DNA from: an uncultured Dehalococcoidales bacterium
GTDB taxonomy: Bacteria; Chloroflexota; Dehalococcoidia; GIF9; UBA5629
Direction of reading: 5' to 3'
DNA length: 64,000 nucleotides
NCBI GenBank assembly: GCA_964519615.1
Contig: CAZFIM010000001.1
Coordinates: 112,254-176,253 of the forward strand
The notes under the pieces were generated by a model, which was not told the origin of the DNA, ran no database searches, and saw only the letters and a program-made list of their open reading frames with translations. Position 1 is the first letter of the stretch. Every line of letters begins with the position of its first letter. This document shows, piece after piece, positions 38,547-48,383 of this stretch. Position numbers and translations under genes: made by a program.

Positions 38547-38894
38547 TCACTCGTACTGAACAGGCACAGCGCATATCATCACCAGAGGCTCGCTTGCCGA
38601 TGTATTGATGTATTGATGCGTCTCTCCCGGCATGACCAGAATAAAATCTCCTTTTCTGATCTTGTTTTCGCTCTCTCCTGACACGGCTGTTCCCGCCCCT
38701 TCGATAATGTAATTCATGTGCTCGAAGGGGTGACTGTGCCTGGGGGTATGGCCGCCCGGTTCGATGGAGAATACGCGGAAGGAACAGGTTGGCGCTCCGT
38801 CTTCTTTTGAGAGCGGGACCTGTTTAGTTATACCTTTTGCCCCTTCCATCTCCGGCTTTATTTTGACAACTGTATCGAGGTTTGATATATGCAT
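38547..38894 (-). CDS. Cupin-domain protein
   Basis: 115 aa; the two-His cupin motif region (GGHTPRHSHPFEH...) and jelly-roll size. Confidence 0.6.
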   Translation of the reverse strand: MHISNLDTVVKIKPEMEGAKGITKQVPLSKEDGAPTCSFRVFSIEPGGHTPRHSHPFEHMNYIIEGAGTAVSGESENKIRKGDFILVMPGETHQYINTSASEPLVMICAVPVQYE

Positions 38895-38965
38895 ATCGGG
38901 ACTCCTGCAGTCTTTATCGTAACAACATTACCATATTATGCCAGGGTATACCAGTACCTGCGCTG

Positions 38966-39397
38966 CTAATAGTCGTTCGGTGCTTTAGTGAGGGGGCGGC
39001 GCAGGCGTTTAAGCGCGGACCTTTTCCGTTTATCATCCAGACGCCGTTTTTTCGCGGTGAGAGAGGGTCTTGTCCTGTGCCGGACCTTCGGCTCCTGTGT
39101 CGCTTCCTTAAGCAGGCTGATAAGCCGGCTATAGGCATCTTTGCGGTTTGCCTTCTGAGTGCGGAAGCGGTGGGCTCTGATAACCAGAAAGCCGTCGCGG
39201 GTTATGCGGCTGCCCGCATTTGCAAGCAGGCGGCCGCGCACATCTTCAGGAAGCGATGGAGACCCGGCAGCATTAAAGCGCAGTTGCACCGCGCTGGCAA
39301 CCTTGTTAACGTTCTGTCCGCCCGGTCCGCCTGACTGGACGAACTCCTCCTGTATCTCCTTCTCATCGATAGTTATATCGGGAGTTATTATTATCAT
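38966..39397 (-). CDS. arfB: Peptidyl-tRNA hydrolase ArfB (alternative ribosome-rescue factor, class I RF-like)
   Basis: 143 aa; GGQ motif (SGGPGGQNVNKV), basic C-terminal tail. Confidence 0.8.
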   Translation of the reverse strand: MIIITPDITIDEKEIQEEFVQSGGPGGQNVNKVASAVQLRFNAAGSPSLPEDVRGRLLANAGSRITRDGFLVIRAHRFRTQKANRKDAYSRLISLLKEATQEPKVRHRTRPSLTAKKRRLDDKRKRSALKRLRRPLTKAPNDY

Positions 39398-39516
39398 GAG
39401 ATGAGCTTATCGTAAAAAGGCATCTTGCGCAATCCCCCGCCATAAGCTTTTCAGCCAGCGGCGGCAGATGGTACAATACTTTGCGACTTTGCAATAAGGA
39501 GGCTTAAGGAAAGCGT

Positions 39517-39996
39517 ATGAAATATACTACACCGCCGCCAATGAAGCTCGATAACACTAAAAAATATAGTGCTACCATAGAAACAGCAAAAGGTGATCTG
39601 GATCTGGAGTTGTTTGCCGCCGATGTTCCGGTGACAGTGAACAACTTCGTTTTTTTAGCTCGAGAGGGCTTTTATACCAACTCGTCTTTCCACCGCGTCA
39701 TCCCCGGTTTTATGGCGCAGGGCGGAGACCCGACCGGCACGGGGACAGGAGGACCGGGCTACAGGTTTGCCGATGAGTTCACGGGGCATACGCATACAGC
39801 CGGTGCGCTCTCCATGGCCAATGCCGGCCCCAATACCAACGGCTCGCAGTTCTTTATCTGCTATGAGCCGCAGCCGCACCTTAACGGCAGGCATTCGGTA
39901 TTCGGGCAGCTTACCGGCGGCATGGATGTGCTCAAGTCGCTCGTCAATGGAGACGCCATCAAGCGCGTAACCATACAGGAAAGTCCGGCTGAGTAA
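39517..39996 (+). CDS. ppiB: Peptidyl-prolyl cis-trans isomerase (cyclophilin type)
   Basis: 159 aa; FHRVIPGFMAQGGD...GSQFFI cyclophilin signature. Confidence 0.9.
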   Translation: MKYTTPPPMKLDNTKKYSATIETAKGDLDLELFAADVPVTVNNFVFLAREGFYTNSSFHRVIPGFMAQGGDPTGTGTGGPGYRFADEFTGHTHTAGALSMANAGPNTNGSQFFICYEPQPHLNGRHSVFGQLTGGMDVLKSLVNGDAIKRVTIQESPAE

Positions 39997-40058
39997 CAAG
40001 CCGACCATAAGCGGAGAACTGCGGGCAGGGCTGTAAAGCACGGAGAAGGGGGAAGGAC

Positions 40059-41057
40059 TTGCTTCATAGATTATACCGGCTGTGGAGACCGGGTATGTAT
40101 CAGGGAAAGGCGCGCATGCGCGGCTACTTCGAAGGCTGGTACTACAAGATGGTTGATGCCGCAGAAAAGAATGTCGTCGCCGTCATTCCCGGCGTATCTT
40201 TTGATGAATCAGGCAATGCCGGCGCTTTCATCCAGCTTCTGGATGCGGCCGCTTCCTCCAGCGCCTATTTTAAATATGAGATAGAGCGATTCAAGACCGC
40301 AGATAAACAATTCGAACTGCAGATAGGCCCCAACAGATTCAGCAGTACCGGCATTGCTGTCGATGCCGCAGGGGACGGGCATACCGTCAAAGGAATGCTT
40401 ACTTTTACGGGCTTGTCTCCCTGGCCGGTAAAACTTTTTTTGCCGGGAGCGATGGGCTGGTATGCCTTTGTGCCGTTTATGGAGTGCTATCATGCGGTCC
40501 TGAGCTTCGACCACATTATAGAAGGTGTGCTTGCCCTCGATGGGCGCCGTATCGATTTCAGCGGCGGCAGGGGCTATATGGAAAAAGACTGGGGGACTTC
40601 ATTTCCTCGCTATCATATCTGGCTGCAGACTAACCATTTCCTGCAACCCGGCATGTCTTTGATGGTATCGATCGCCAATATCCCCTGGCGGGGCAGCTAC
40701 TTCGATGGATTTATCGCCGGGTTCAGGCACGGCAATGAACTCTACCGGTTTACCACCTATACCGGAGCACATCTTAGCCTCTTCAGACTGGAGGAGCGCA
40801 CATTGTCAGTCCACATCGCGTCAAAGCGACACCGGTTGGAGATTGAGATATACGAGGCGGAAGGGATTCCGCTGCGCGCACCCGTAATTGGGGCTATGCG
40901 GGGAACGCTGCGGGAAAGCCAGACTGCGGTGACACGGGTCAGACTGGTGGGTGTTGGAGGAAAAAGAGAGAATCTTCTCTATGAGGGGGAAGGAAGGCAT
41001 ACCGGCTTTGAAATAGCCGGCAGTAGAGAAGAGCTCGCAGCGATAAAAACAGCATAG
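40059..41057 (+). CDS. Tocopherol-cyclase-family (VTE1-like) protein
   Basis: 332 aa; N-terminal GYFEGWYYK-type motif and beta-rich fold typical of bacterial tocopherol-cyclase homologues. Confidence 0.45.
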   Translation: MLHRLYRLWRPGMYQGKARMRGYFEGWYYKMVDAAEKNVVAVIPGVSFDESGNAGAFIQLLDAAASSSAYFKYEIERFKTADKQFELQIGPNRFSSTGIAVDAAGDGHTVKGMLTFTGLSPWPVKLFLPGAMGWYAFVPFMECYHAVLSFDHIIEGVLALDGRRIDFSGGRGYMEKDWGTSFPRYHIWLQTNHFLQPGMSLMVSIANIPWRGSYFDGFIAGFRHGNELYRFTTYTGAHLSLFRLEERTLSVHIASKRHRLEIEIYEAEGIPLRAPVIGAMRGTLRESQTAVTRVRLVGVGGKRENLLYEGEGRHTGFEIAGSREELAAIKTA

Positions 41058-41135
41058 ATTAGCAATTTCAGAGGCTGCCTGAGGTCGAGGACATGCATAG
41101 AGAACGTCGCGATAATAACATAGAGGCAGAAGATA

Positions 41136-41519
41136 ATGGCTGCATGTGAGCAGTCTTGCTGCTCCCGTTGCGGGTGTTCCATCCCTGCAGGGGAAAGCTA
41201 TGATTTGAGTGGACAGGTGTTATGCGAGGAATGCTATCTGCTGGCAGCTCACCGCGTGCAGGCCTGCGACCCGCTGGCGGTGCGTTCGGCGCAGTCCGCC
41301 AGAAAGGCTTTCGGCATCAGCCCGCTGGAAGGCTTGACGGCGCAGCAAAGGGCGATCAGGGAGTATATAGCGGCTAAAGGTAGAGCTGCGGCTGGAGAAC
41401 TGGAAAGAGAGCTTGGTATTCCCCCCGCTGAGCTTCATAACGATCTGGCTGTCCTGCGCCACTGCGAACTGGTTAAGGGACAGAAAGAAGGCGGCACGGT
41501 CTATCTGGTGCTCTACTGA
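41136..41519 (+). CDS. Hypothetical small protein: N-terminal Cys-rich zinc ribbon plus C-terminal winged-helix-like domain
   Basis: 127 aa; CSRCGC...CEEC, then LTAQQRAIREYIAAKG...ELERELGIPPAELHNDLAVL. Confidence 0.3.
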   Translation: MAACEQSCCSRCGCSIPAGESYDLSGQVLCEECYLLAAHRVQACDPLAVRSAQSARKAFGISPLEGLTAQQRAIREYIAAKGRAAAGELERELGIPPAELHNDLAVLRHCELVKGQKEGGTVYLVLY

Positions 41520-41523
41520 GCCG

Positions 41524-42039
41524 CTACCTCTTCAAACTCTCCGCGATACCTTGCGCCCATTTTTCAATGGCGTCCCAATCGCGCCAGTCTCCCAGCGGCG
41601 CCTTGATGTTCTTGATGGCCGCCTTCTCCAGAAAATTGAATTTATCGAGGTTGATCATCCCGTGAAAGACGGCTATATCGCGCGGCTTGATTGCCTCGAT
41701 TACCGGCTCCAGCGCCGACGGATAGCGCCAACCCTGTACCAGTGCCTCAGGATCGCCCTGCCCTGTCGGGCCGCTGGAGAAGATCCACACAGGGACTGCT
41801 GACAGCGCTTCCCGGTTGGATTTAACGAAGGAAGCAGCATCTTTGCGCCACTGCCCGATATAGACGGCACTTCCCAGCACAACCGCCCTGTAACGCGCCG
41901 GGTCTTTTACCTCTTTTACAGGCATAACCTCGGCCTCAAGTCCCGCCTTAAGCAGGACATGTCCGATTCTCTGTGCTATCTCCGCTGTGGCCCCGTATTT
42001 GGTAGCATAGGTAACTAATACGGTATCGCTCATCAACAC
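41524..42039 (-). CDS. Flavodoxin-like domain protein (Flavodoxin_5 / HemG-like)
   Basis: 171 aa; N-terminal VLVTYATKYGATAEIAQ flavodoxin-like P-loop for FMN. Confidence 0.5.
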   Translation of the reverse strand: MLMSDTVLVTYATKYGATAEIAQRIGHVLLKAGLEAEVMPVKEVKDPARYRAVVLGSAVYIGQWRKDAASFVKSNREALSAVPVWIFSSGPTGQGDPEALVQGWRYPSALEPVIEAIKPRDIAVFHGMINLDKFNFLEKAAIKNIKAPLGDWRDWDAIEKWAQGIAESLKR

Positions 42040-42094
42040 AGTCCTGTCGCATCATGGGGGATGGTGTCCCTCGATGCGTTTTTCTTCTTTGCTT

Positions 42095-42751
42095 TTAGCG
42101 GTTCCTTACCCTGACAGTGAAGCCCTGGCTTTTGAAATCGTCGACCAGTTCTTCTATTTTGTCGCTGTCCTGGAGATGGAAGCAGACGACCTTATTTATT
42201 TCTTCCTGCGGACTTTCGATATGGATGGTCGTGATCTTGTGGCCGTGCTTATGGATGGTAGCGACCAAATTCTCCATCTGCTCCAACCCTTTGCCTTTGA
42301 TCAACCCGCCGGTGACCTCGATGCGCGTCCCGGGTATATTTATTCCCAGCAGCGGATTGATGATACTTTCAAAGAAATCGTCACTGGTTACTATACCCAC
42401 AATAGCATCATTTTCCATTACCACCACCGAGCCGATGCGGTTCTTCTGCGCCAGCGCCACCACTTCCTCTGCATCCATATCGGGCGGCACGGTGACCACG
42501 TTCTTGGTCATGACCTCTTTTACGGTGATTCTGTCCAACAGATAGGTGAGCTCCCAGATAGAAAGCGAGCTCGCCTTGCTGGGCGAGGCCTGTTCTATGC
42601 TGCGCGAGGTGACGATCCCCTTCAGTTTGCCCTTATCGACAACAGGCAGCCGCTTGATGCGGTGTGCAGCCATGATGCGTTTGGCCTCGGCAATACTGGT
42701 GCTGCTGGGTACGGTGACGACATTGTAGGACATGATATCTTTTACTTGCAT
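42095..42751 (-). CDS. CBS-domain protein (two CBS pairs)
   Basis: 218 aa; four CBS repeats. Confidence 0.7.
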   Translation of the reverse strand: MQVKDIMSYNVVTVPSSTSIAEAKRIMAAHRIKRLPVVDKGKLKGIVTSRSIEQASPSKASSLSIWELTYLLDRITVKEVMTKNVVTVPPDMDAEEVVALAQKNRIGSVVVMENDAIVGIVTSDDFFESIINPLLGINIPGTRIEVTGGLIKGKGLEQMENLVATIHKHGHKITTIHIESPQEEINKVVCFHLQDSDKIEELVDDFKSQGFTVRVRNR

Positions 42752-43016
42752 TCTGCCCTCCCCTTGTTTTTAAGTTGTTTATTTAAATGACGCCTTCACT
42801 AAACAGGATTAGCTCCCGGGTCATGCGAGAACTGCTAGTAATTGTATGATACGAGTATAACCTGCCGCAGGGACAAGTTCAAGGGGTTTTACTTATTGAA
42901 TGGCAGGCTTACGTAGTGTTGCCTTCTCAACAGACACATGGTAAACTTAATGCGTAAATGCGCATATAAGGATACATGCATATTTAGGCCGTGAGGCCTG
43001 ATAAAAAATAGAGTAT

Positions 43017-44057
43017 ATGATAATGGACTATCTTCTTCACCTCATGCAGGGCGGCCTTACAGCACTGGTCGACTATTTATCACTGCATGTGCTCACGTGC
43101 CTTATTCCGGCCTTTTTTATCGCCGGAGCCATCTCTGCCTTTGTCTCACAGAACGCGATACTGAAATATTTCGGGCCTAAAGCCAAAAAGCTGGTTTCAT
43201 ACGGCGTTGCTTCTGTATCAGGTACGATTCTGGCTGTATGCTCCTGTACGATATTACCCTTATTCGGAGGCATCTATAAAAGGGGGGCGGGTCTGGGCCC
43301 GGCCATAGCCTTTTTATATTCCGGCCCTGCTATCAATGTGCTGGCGATCGTTTACTCGGCCCGCCTGCTTGGTTTTGATATAGGCGCTGGCCGTGCTATC
43401 GGCGCTATCATATTCTCAATTATTATCGGACTCATCATGGCGGCTATCTACAGGGAGGAAGAATCTCAGAAAGATGCAACTGCCTTTAATGCTTTACTTG
43501 ATGACTCTGACAGTAAACCCATCTGGCAGCAACTGCTCTTCTTCGCAGTTTTGGTGGGCATTCTGATCTTTGCCGCCTCAAAGCAGTGGATTGTCACTGG
43601 AGTGCTGCTGGCAGCGCTGGCTGTGATTCTGTGGCGGCTGTTTAGCCGCGGCGAAATCATCATCTGGCTGAAAGAGACGGTGAGATTCGTGCGCCTGATT
43701 GTGCCCTGGCTGCTGGCGGGTGTGTTTGCTGCAGGTATTATCACCACTGTCGTGCCGCAGGAAGCCGTAACCGCCTGGGTGGGCGGCAATGGGCTGCTTG
43801 CCAACTTCATTGCCTCATTTTTAGGGGCACTGATGTATTTTGCCACCCTTACAGAAGTTCCCATTATACGCGCTTTCATGGACCTGGGCATGGGAAAAGG
43901 ACCGACTATGGCATTGCTGCTGGCGGGACCTGCGCTCTCGCTGCCCAATATGCTGGTGATACGTAATATCATGGGCACGAAAAAGACGGTGACATATGTT
44001 GCCCTGGTGGTCATCATGGCAACCATCTCAGGTTATATCTTCGGGCTCATTACATAA
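43017..44057 (+). CDS. COG0701/ArsP-like permease
   Basis: 346 aa; TM protein with CSC motif in TM region (AVCSCTILPLFGG); typically paired with a small thioredoxin-like protein. Confidence 0.6.
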   Translation: MIMDYLLHLMQGGLTALVDYLSLHVLTCLIPAFFIAGAISAFVSQNAILKYFGPKAKKLVSYGVASVSGTILAVCSCTILPLFGGIYKRGAGLGPAIAFLYSGPAINVLAIVYSARLLGFDIGAGRAIGAIIFSIIIGLIMAAIYREEESQKDATAFNALLDDSDSKPIWQQLLFFAVLVGILIFAASKQWIVTGVLLAALAVILWRLFSRGEIIIWLKETVRFVRLIVPWLLAGVFAAGIITTVVPQEAVTAWVGGNGLLANFIASFLGALMYFATLTEVPIIRAFMDLGMGKGPTMALLLAGPALSLPNMLVIRNIMGTKKTVTYVALVVIMATISGYIFGLIT

Positions 44058-44083
44058 AGAATACAACTAGGAGGAGGCAAAAT

Positions 44084-44338
44084 ATGAACATTAAAATTCT
44101 CGGTCCCGGTTGTGCGAAGTGCCACGCACTGGAAAAAGCAGTAAGCGAAATTATCAGTGAACTTAAGGTCGAAGCTCAGGTCGAATATGTGAAAGACATG
44201 GCGAAAATACTCGAGTATCCTATCCTCACCACGCCGGGGCTGGTTATCGACGGCAAAGTCATAACCTCCGGCAAGGTGCCGGGCAAGGCAGAGATGACAA
44301 AATACATAATGAACGCTCTGGCCGAACAGGAGAAATAG
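44084..44338 (+). CDS. Small thioredoxin-family protein (redox-active disulfide protein 2 type)
   Basis: 84 aa; MNIKILGPGCAKCHALE CxxC at N-terminus. Confidence 0.7.
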   Translation: MNIKILGPGCAKCHALEKAVSEIISELKVEAQVEYVKDMAKILEYPILTTPGLVIDGKVITSGKVPGKAEMTKYIMNALAEQEK

Positions 44339-44430
44339 AACAAAAAAATCAGGCAATGTTTAAAAGTATATGAGCAGGCGGGTGTTGTTCTCTGCTTGTT
44401 CCGAACGGGATACCTGATAAGGAGTAAAAC

Positions 44431-44967
44431 ATGATCAAAAATATATTATCTAAACTGGGCGTTTGTCTCGTGATGATAGTTATGCTTAGTGCGGTTGCTG
44501 CCTGCGATACGCCAACACCGGTACCGGCACAGCCCGATGAGCCGCAGTCTTCCGCACCGGCGGCAAGCGAAAAACCTGCTAGCAGCGAACCGCAGGTTAA
44601 GCCGGAAGCTCCCTCAGAGGATAATAATTATGTCGAGGTAGCATACTTTCATACCAAACGCCGCTGTGGGCCGTGTACATATATTGAGATAAGGACGCAA
44701 CATAACATAGAGACATATTTCCAGGATGAGCTTGCCAGCGGGAAGCTGGAATTCAACGTCTATGAGCTGGGATTGAAGGAGAATGAAGCCGTGGCCACAA
44801 AATATCAGGCTGTCGGCTCTCAACTCTTTATTAACACCATAGTAGACGGCAAGGACAATATACGGCATATGGAAGCTGTATGGGAAAAAGAATATCTGGA
44901 CGACCAGGAGAAATTCGACGCCCTTATCCAGGACCTGGTCAAAGAAGCGCTGGAGGCAGCAGGATAA
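44431..44967 (+). CDS. Extracytoplasmic thioredoxin-fold CxxC lipoprotein (paralog A)
   Basis: 178 aa; lipobox AVAAC, Pro/Ser-rich linker, VAYFHTKRRCGPCTYIE, ELASGKLEFNVYELG. Confidence 0.45.
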   Translation: MIKNILSKLGVCLVMIVMLSAVAACDTPTPVPAQPDEPQSSAPAASEKPASSEPQVKPEAPSEDNNYVEVAYFHTKRRCGPCTYIEIRTQHNIETYFQDELASGKLEFNVYELGLKENEAVATKYQAVGSQLFINTIVDGKDNIRHMEAVWEKEYLDDQEKFDALIQDLVKEALEAAG

Positions 44968-45674
44968 TGGATATCGGAAGCCTTGGCGGGGATTTCAATA
45001 TACCGATATTATCAGCCTTTTTACTGGGGCTGCTGACAGCGGTAAGCCCGTGTCCGCTGGCTACTAATATAGCAGCCATTGCCTTCATCAGCCGCAAGGT
45101 GTCGGAGCGCAAATTCGCCGTCATAACCGGCTCGCTTTATACGCTTGGGCGGATGTTTTCCTATTCCGTGATCGGTGTACTTATCATCGCTGCCGGCCTG
45201 GAAATACCCGGTATCTCGCTCTTCCTACAGGATGTGGGAGAGAAGGCATTGGGACCGCTGCTGATAGTCGTAGGACTGGTTATGCTCAATATAGAACGAC
45301 TCGGTTTTGGCAGGGGGGGAGGGCGATTATCTTCTCTTGGAGAGAAGGTAGCCAATTGGGGTACTGTGGGAGGCTTTCTGCTTGGCGTTATTTTTGCCCT
45401 GGCCTTCTGTCCTTACAGCGCAGTCCTTTATTTCGGAGTCTTGATACCGCTTGCGCTCAAGTCCGCCGGAGGTATTTCCTTCCCGGCGGTATATGCGCTG
45501 GGGACGGGGCTGCCCGTTCTAGTACTCGGCACATTGCTTTCCCTGGGCGTGAGTGGGGTTTCTTCATGGCTCAACGCTATATCCAGAGTTGAGCGGGTTG
45601 TCCGCATAATTGTCGCTATCGCATTCATCGGGATAGGCATCTACTATGTCTATCTATGGATTCAGCATGTATAA
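44967..45674 (+). CDS. ccdA: CcdA/DsbD-family transmembrane thiol-disulfide electron transporter
   Basis: Start at the ATG 44967 (MDIGSL...), overlapping the previous stop (TAATG). TM1 contains LLTAVSPCPL; six TM helices. Confidence 0.75.
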   Translation: MDIGSLGGDFNIPILSAFLLGLLTAVSPCPLATNIAAIAFISRKVSERKFAVITGSLYTLGRMFSYSVIGVLIIAAGLEIPGISLFLQDVGEKALGPLLIVVGLVMLNIERLGFGRGGGRLSSLGEKVANWGTVGGFLLGVIFALAFCPYSAVLYFGVLIPLALKSAGGISFPAVYALGTGLPVLVLGTLLSLGVSGVSSWLNAISRVERVVRIIVAIAFIGIGIYYVYLWIQHV

Positions 45675-45702
45675 CTTTAATGTAGCAGGATAGTTTGACG
45701 CT

Positions 45703-46197
45703 ATGGGAAAATTCAGCCGCTTAAAAAATTGGAGCTGTTTGCTCGTACTTCTTATGATTGCCGGCATGCTTTGCTCCTGTGAAAAAATCTTCAGCGATTA
45801 CTCGATATCGAATGCAGATCCGGCAGCACATGTCACCGGCCCGGCCGATCAGGTGGAGCTCGTCTATTTTCACCGTGAGCGGCGCTGTGAGGCATGTACC
45901 TATGCGGAGGAGCGGCTGTTATATCTGGTAAAGACATATTTTGCCGATGAACTTGCCAGCGGTAAACTTGTATTTCAGATTTACAATCTCGGCGATAAGA
46001 ATAGTCAGGCTCCTGCACAGAGATACAACGCTATCGGCTCTCAGCTTTTTATAAATGTCATTATTGATGGTGAGGACCATATCAGGTATGTGGAGGAAAT
46101 CTGGTACTGGGGATGTATAGATGACGAAAAAGTCTTCGATAAGGTGATTAAAAATATTATTACTAAAGGATTGTACGGTACCACGTTGCAGGAATAG
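45703..46197 (+). CDS. Extracytoplasmic thioredoxin-fold CxxC lipoprotein (paralog B)
   Basis: 164 aa; signal/lipobox GMLCSC, LVYFHRERRCEACTYAE, ELASGKLVFQIYNLG; clearly paralogous to 44431..44967. Confidence 0.45.
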   Translation: MGKFSRLKNWSCLLVLLMIAGMLCSCEKIFSDYSISNADPAAHVTGPADQVELVYFHRERRCEACTYAEERLLYLVKTYFADELASGKLVFQIYNLGDKNSQAPAQRYNAIGSQLFINVIIDGEDHIRYVEEIWYWGCIDDEKVFDKVIKNIITKGLYGTTLQE

Positions 46198-46236
46198 AGT
46201 TAGCAGCAAATATGAATTGCGGAAAGAAAGCGGAAT

Positions 46237-47316
46237 ATGAATACTATGGAGAAATCGATCAAAGGTAGCCTGCCGTTACTTGACCGTTTTCTCACCCTGT
46301 GGATTTTCCTGGCTATGGCCTTGGGGGTTGGGCTGGGCTATTTTATCCCGCAGGTTGCGGATGTTATCGGCTATTTCCAGGTTAATACCACCTCGATACC
46401 GATAGCTGTGGGATTGATCCTGATGATGTACCCGCCGCTGGCAAAGGTACGCTATGAGGAGATGGGCCGTGTCTTCCGTGACTGGCGTGTGCTGGGGCTT
46501 TCCCTGGTGCAGAACTACATTATCGGACCGCTGCTTATGTTCTTTGTTGCGATCCTGTTTCTGGGCTTTATCTGGCCGAATCCCGATTACATGGTAGGGC
46601 TCATCATGATCGGGCTTGCGCGCTGTATAGCTATGGTTATCATCTGGAATCAGCTGGCCAGGGGTGACAGCGAATACGCTGCGGGGCTGGTGGCGCTCAA
46701 CTCCGCCTTTCAGATCGTTTTCTATTCCGTCTATGCCTATATCTTCATCACTATTATGCCGGGCTGGTTCGGATTGGAGGGCTCGGTGGTCCATGTGGCT
46801 ATGGGCGAGATCGCCAAAAGCGTGCTTATATATCTGGGCATACCTTTCTTCGGAGGCATGCTGACTAGATTCATATTCCTCAAGATCAAGGGGCGTACAT
46901 GGTATGAGGAGCGTTTTATCCCGAAGATAAGCCCGCTTACGCTGGCGGCGCTGCTCTTCACTATTGTGGTAATGTTCTCGCTCAAGGGCGAGCTTATCGT
47001 GCAGATACCGCTGGATGTAGTCAAAATAGCGGTGCCTCTGCTGATCTATTTTGTCGTTATGTTCCTGCTCTCCTTTTATATGGGCAAAAGAATCGGCGCT
47101 GACTACTCTCGTACTGCCACCATCGCCTTCACCGCGGCGAGCAACAACTTCGAGCTGGCCATCGCCGTAGCCGTAGCCGTCTTCGGCATCGGCTCCGGGC
47201 AGGCTTTTGCCGCTGTTATCGGCCCGCTGGTGGAGGTGCCGTTATTGATAGGCCTTGTCAATGCTGCACTTTTCTTTCAGGAAAGATACTTTCATCATAA
47301 AGAAAAGGCAACATGA
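46237..47316 (+). CDS. acr3: Arsenite efflux transporter ACR3
   Basis: 359 aa; ACR3/BART family N-terminus ([20 protein letters not shown]), 10 TM. Confidence 0.85.
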   Translation: MNTMEKSIKGSLPLLDRFLTLWIFLAMALGVGLGYFIPQVADVIGYFQVNTTSIPIAVGLILMMYPPLAKVRYEEMGRVFRDWRVLGLSLVQNYIIGPLLMFFVAILFLGFIWPNPDYMVGLIMIGLARCIAMVIIWNQLARGDSEYAAGLVALNSAFQIVFYSVYAYIFITIMPGWFGLEGSVVHVAMGEIAKSVLIYLGIPFFGGMLTRFIFLKIKGRTWYEERFIPKISPLTLAALLFTIVVMFSLKGELIVQIPLDVVKIAVPLLIYFVVMFLLSFYMGKRIGADYSRTATIAFTAASNNFELAIAVAVAVFGIGSGQAFAAVIGPLVEVPLLIGLVNAALFFQERYFHHKEKAT

Positions 47317-47396
47317 TAAGATATATGCCAGGTTTAACCGTTGTATAATGGTGGTAAGCATAAAGCGCACGGTATATCTGAAATAGGACAATCTTC

Positions 47397-48383
47397 ATGA
47401 GTGCTAAGAAAAAAAAGTATAAAGCGAAAGAAGCAAAGAGCGCCAGGCGTTTATCCTCCCCACCCGCCGGAGGAGCCGGCATTGTTTCCGGACAGCGGCG
47501 GAAAACCCTCTCTTTACCCAAAAAGTTGAGTATAAGGATATTAATGGCTGCGGCGGTGGTTATAGTGTGCGCGGCAGTTATCTGGGCTATTATCTTTTTA
47601 GCCGGCAGAGGCGGCTCTTCCCCCGATACTTCCGGCGTGGTAGATGGCGGCAGTATCAAAATAAGCAATGTAGATATTTCGAAAATCACGGAAAAGACAA
47701 TAACAGTAACGTGGAAGACAAATGTCCCTTCCAGCAGCCAGGTAATAGCCACAGAACAGGAATCAGGATTGGTTATTGCCGGATGGCCCGATGATGAGCT
47801 GCTTAAGGACCATAAATATGAGGTAGCAGGGCTGGAGCCCGATACTGCCTACCAACTTACGATAAAGGCAGTTGATGTGGAGGGGAGCGGGGTGGAGCTC
47901 AAACTTCAGGAACAGGTCGCAACCATGCCCGTACGAACATCAACTGATCTGGTTCAGGGTATGAAGGCTCCTCAGTTCGCTTTAAAAACACTGGCAGGGA
48001 AAGATGTCTCGCTTGCTGATTCCGGCGGCAAACAAATAATTCTGGTCTTCTGGGAAATGAGCTGCGCTTCCTGTAAAGAGCAGCTGCCGCTTATTCAGGA
48101 GTTCTTTTCATTGATGGACAGCAACGAATATATACTTCTCACTGTGTGTGTGAAAGGACGTCAGGCGCTTGTTGAAAGCTATGCTGCAGGGAGCAAATTT
48201 ACGTTCCCCATTCTGCTAGATGAGGAGGGGGCCGTAGCGGAAAAATATACTATCGCCGTCTACCCGACAACTATACTCATCGATGGAGAAGGGATCATAA
48301 TAAGTGTAAGGGAGGCCTCGTTCGGCTCTGTGGATGAGATGACAGGCTTTGTGGCGTCCGACAGCAACGCCCGAAGTGAATGA
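47397..48383 (+). CDS. Membrane-anchored FN3-domain / TlpA-like thiol-disulfide oxidoreductase (redoxin)
   Basis: 328 aa; N-terminal TM, FN3-like (TITVTWKTN...YQLTIKAVD), redoxin with WEMSCASCKEQ CxxC. Confidence 0.65.
   Translation: MSAKKKKYKAKEAKSARRLSSPPAGGAGIVSGQRRKTLSLPKKLSIRILMAAAVVIVCAAVIWAIIFLAGRGGSSPDTSGVVDGGSIKISNVDISKITEKTITVTWKTNVPSSSQVIATEQESGLVIAGWPDDELLKDHKYEVAGLEPDTAYQLTIKAVDVEGSGVELKLQEQVATMPVRTSTDLVQGMKAPQFALKTLAGKDVSLADSGGKQIILVFWEMSCASCKEQLPLIQEFFSLMDSNEYILLTVCVKGRQALVESYAAGSKFTFPILLDEEGAVAEKYTIAVYPTTILIDGEGIIISVREASFGSVDEMTGFVASDSNARSE

Noticed and set aside
42950-42966. Inverted repeat ATGCG-N6-CGCAT upstream of the ArsP-like permease
   Set aside because: An ArsR/SmtB-type operator would be attractive for an arsenic island, but no arsR gene is present and the repeat is short; recorded only as a possibility.
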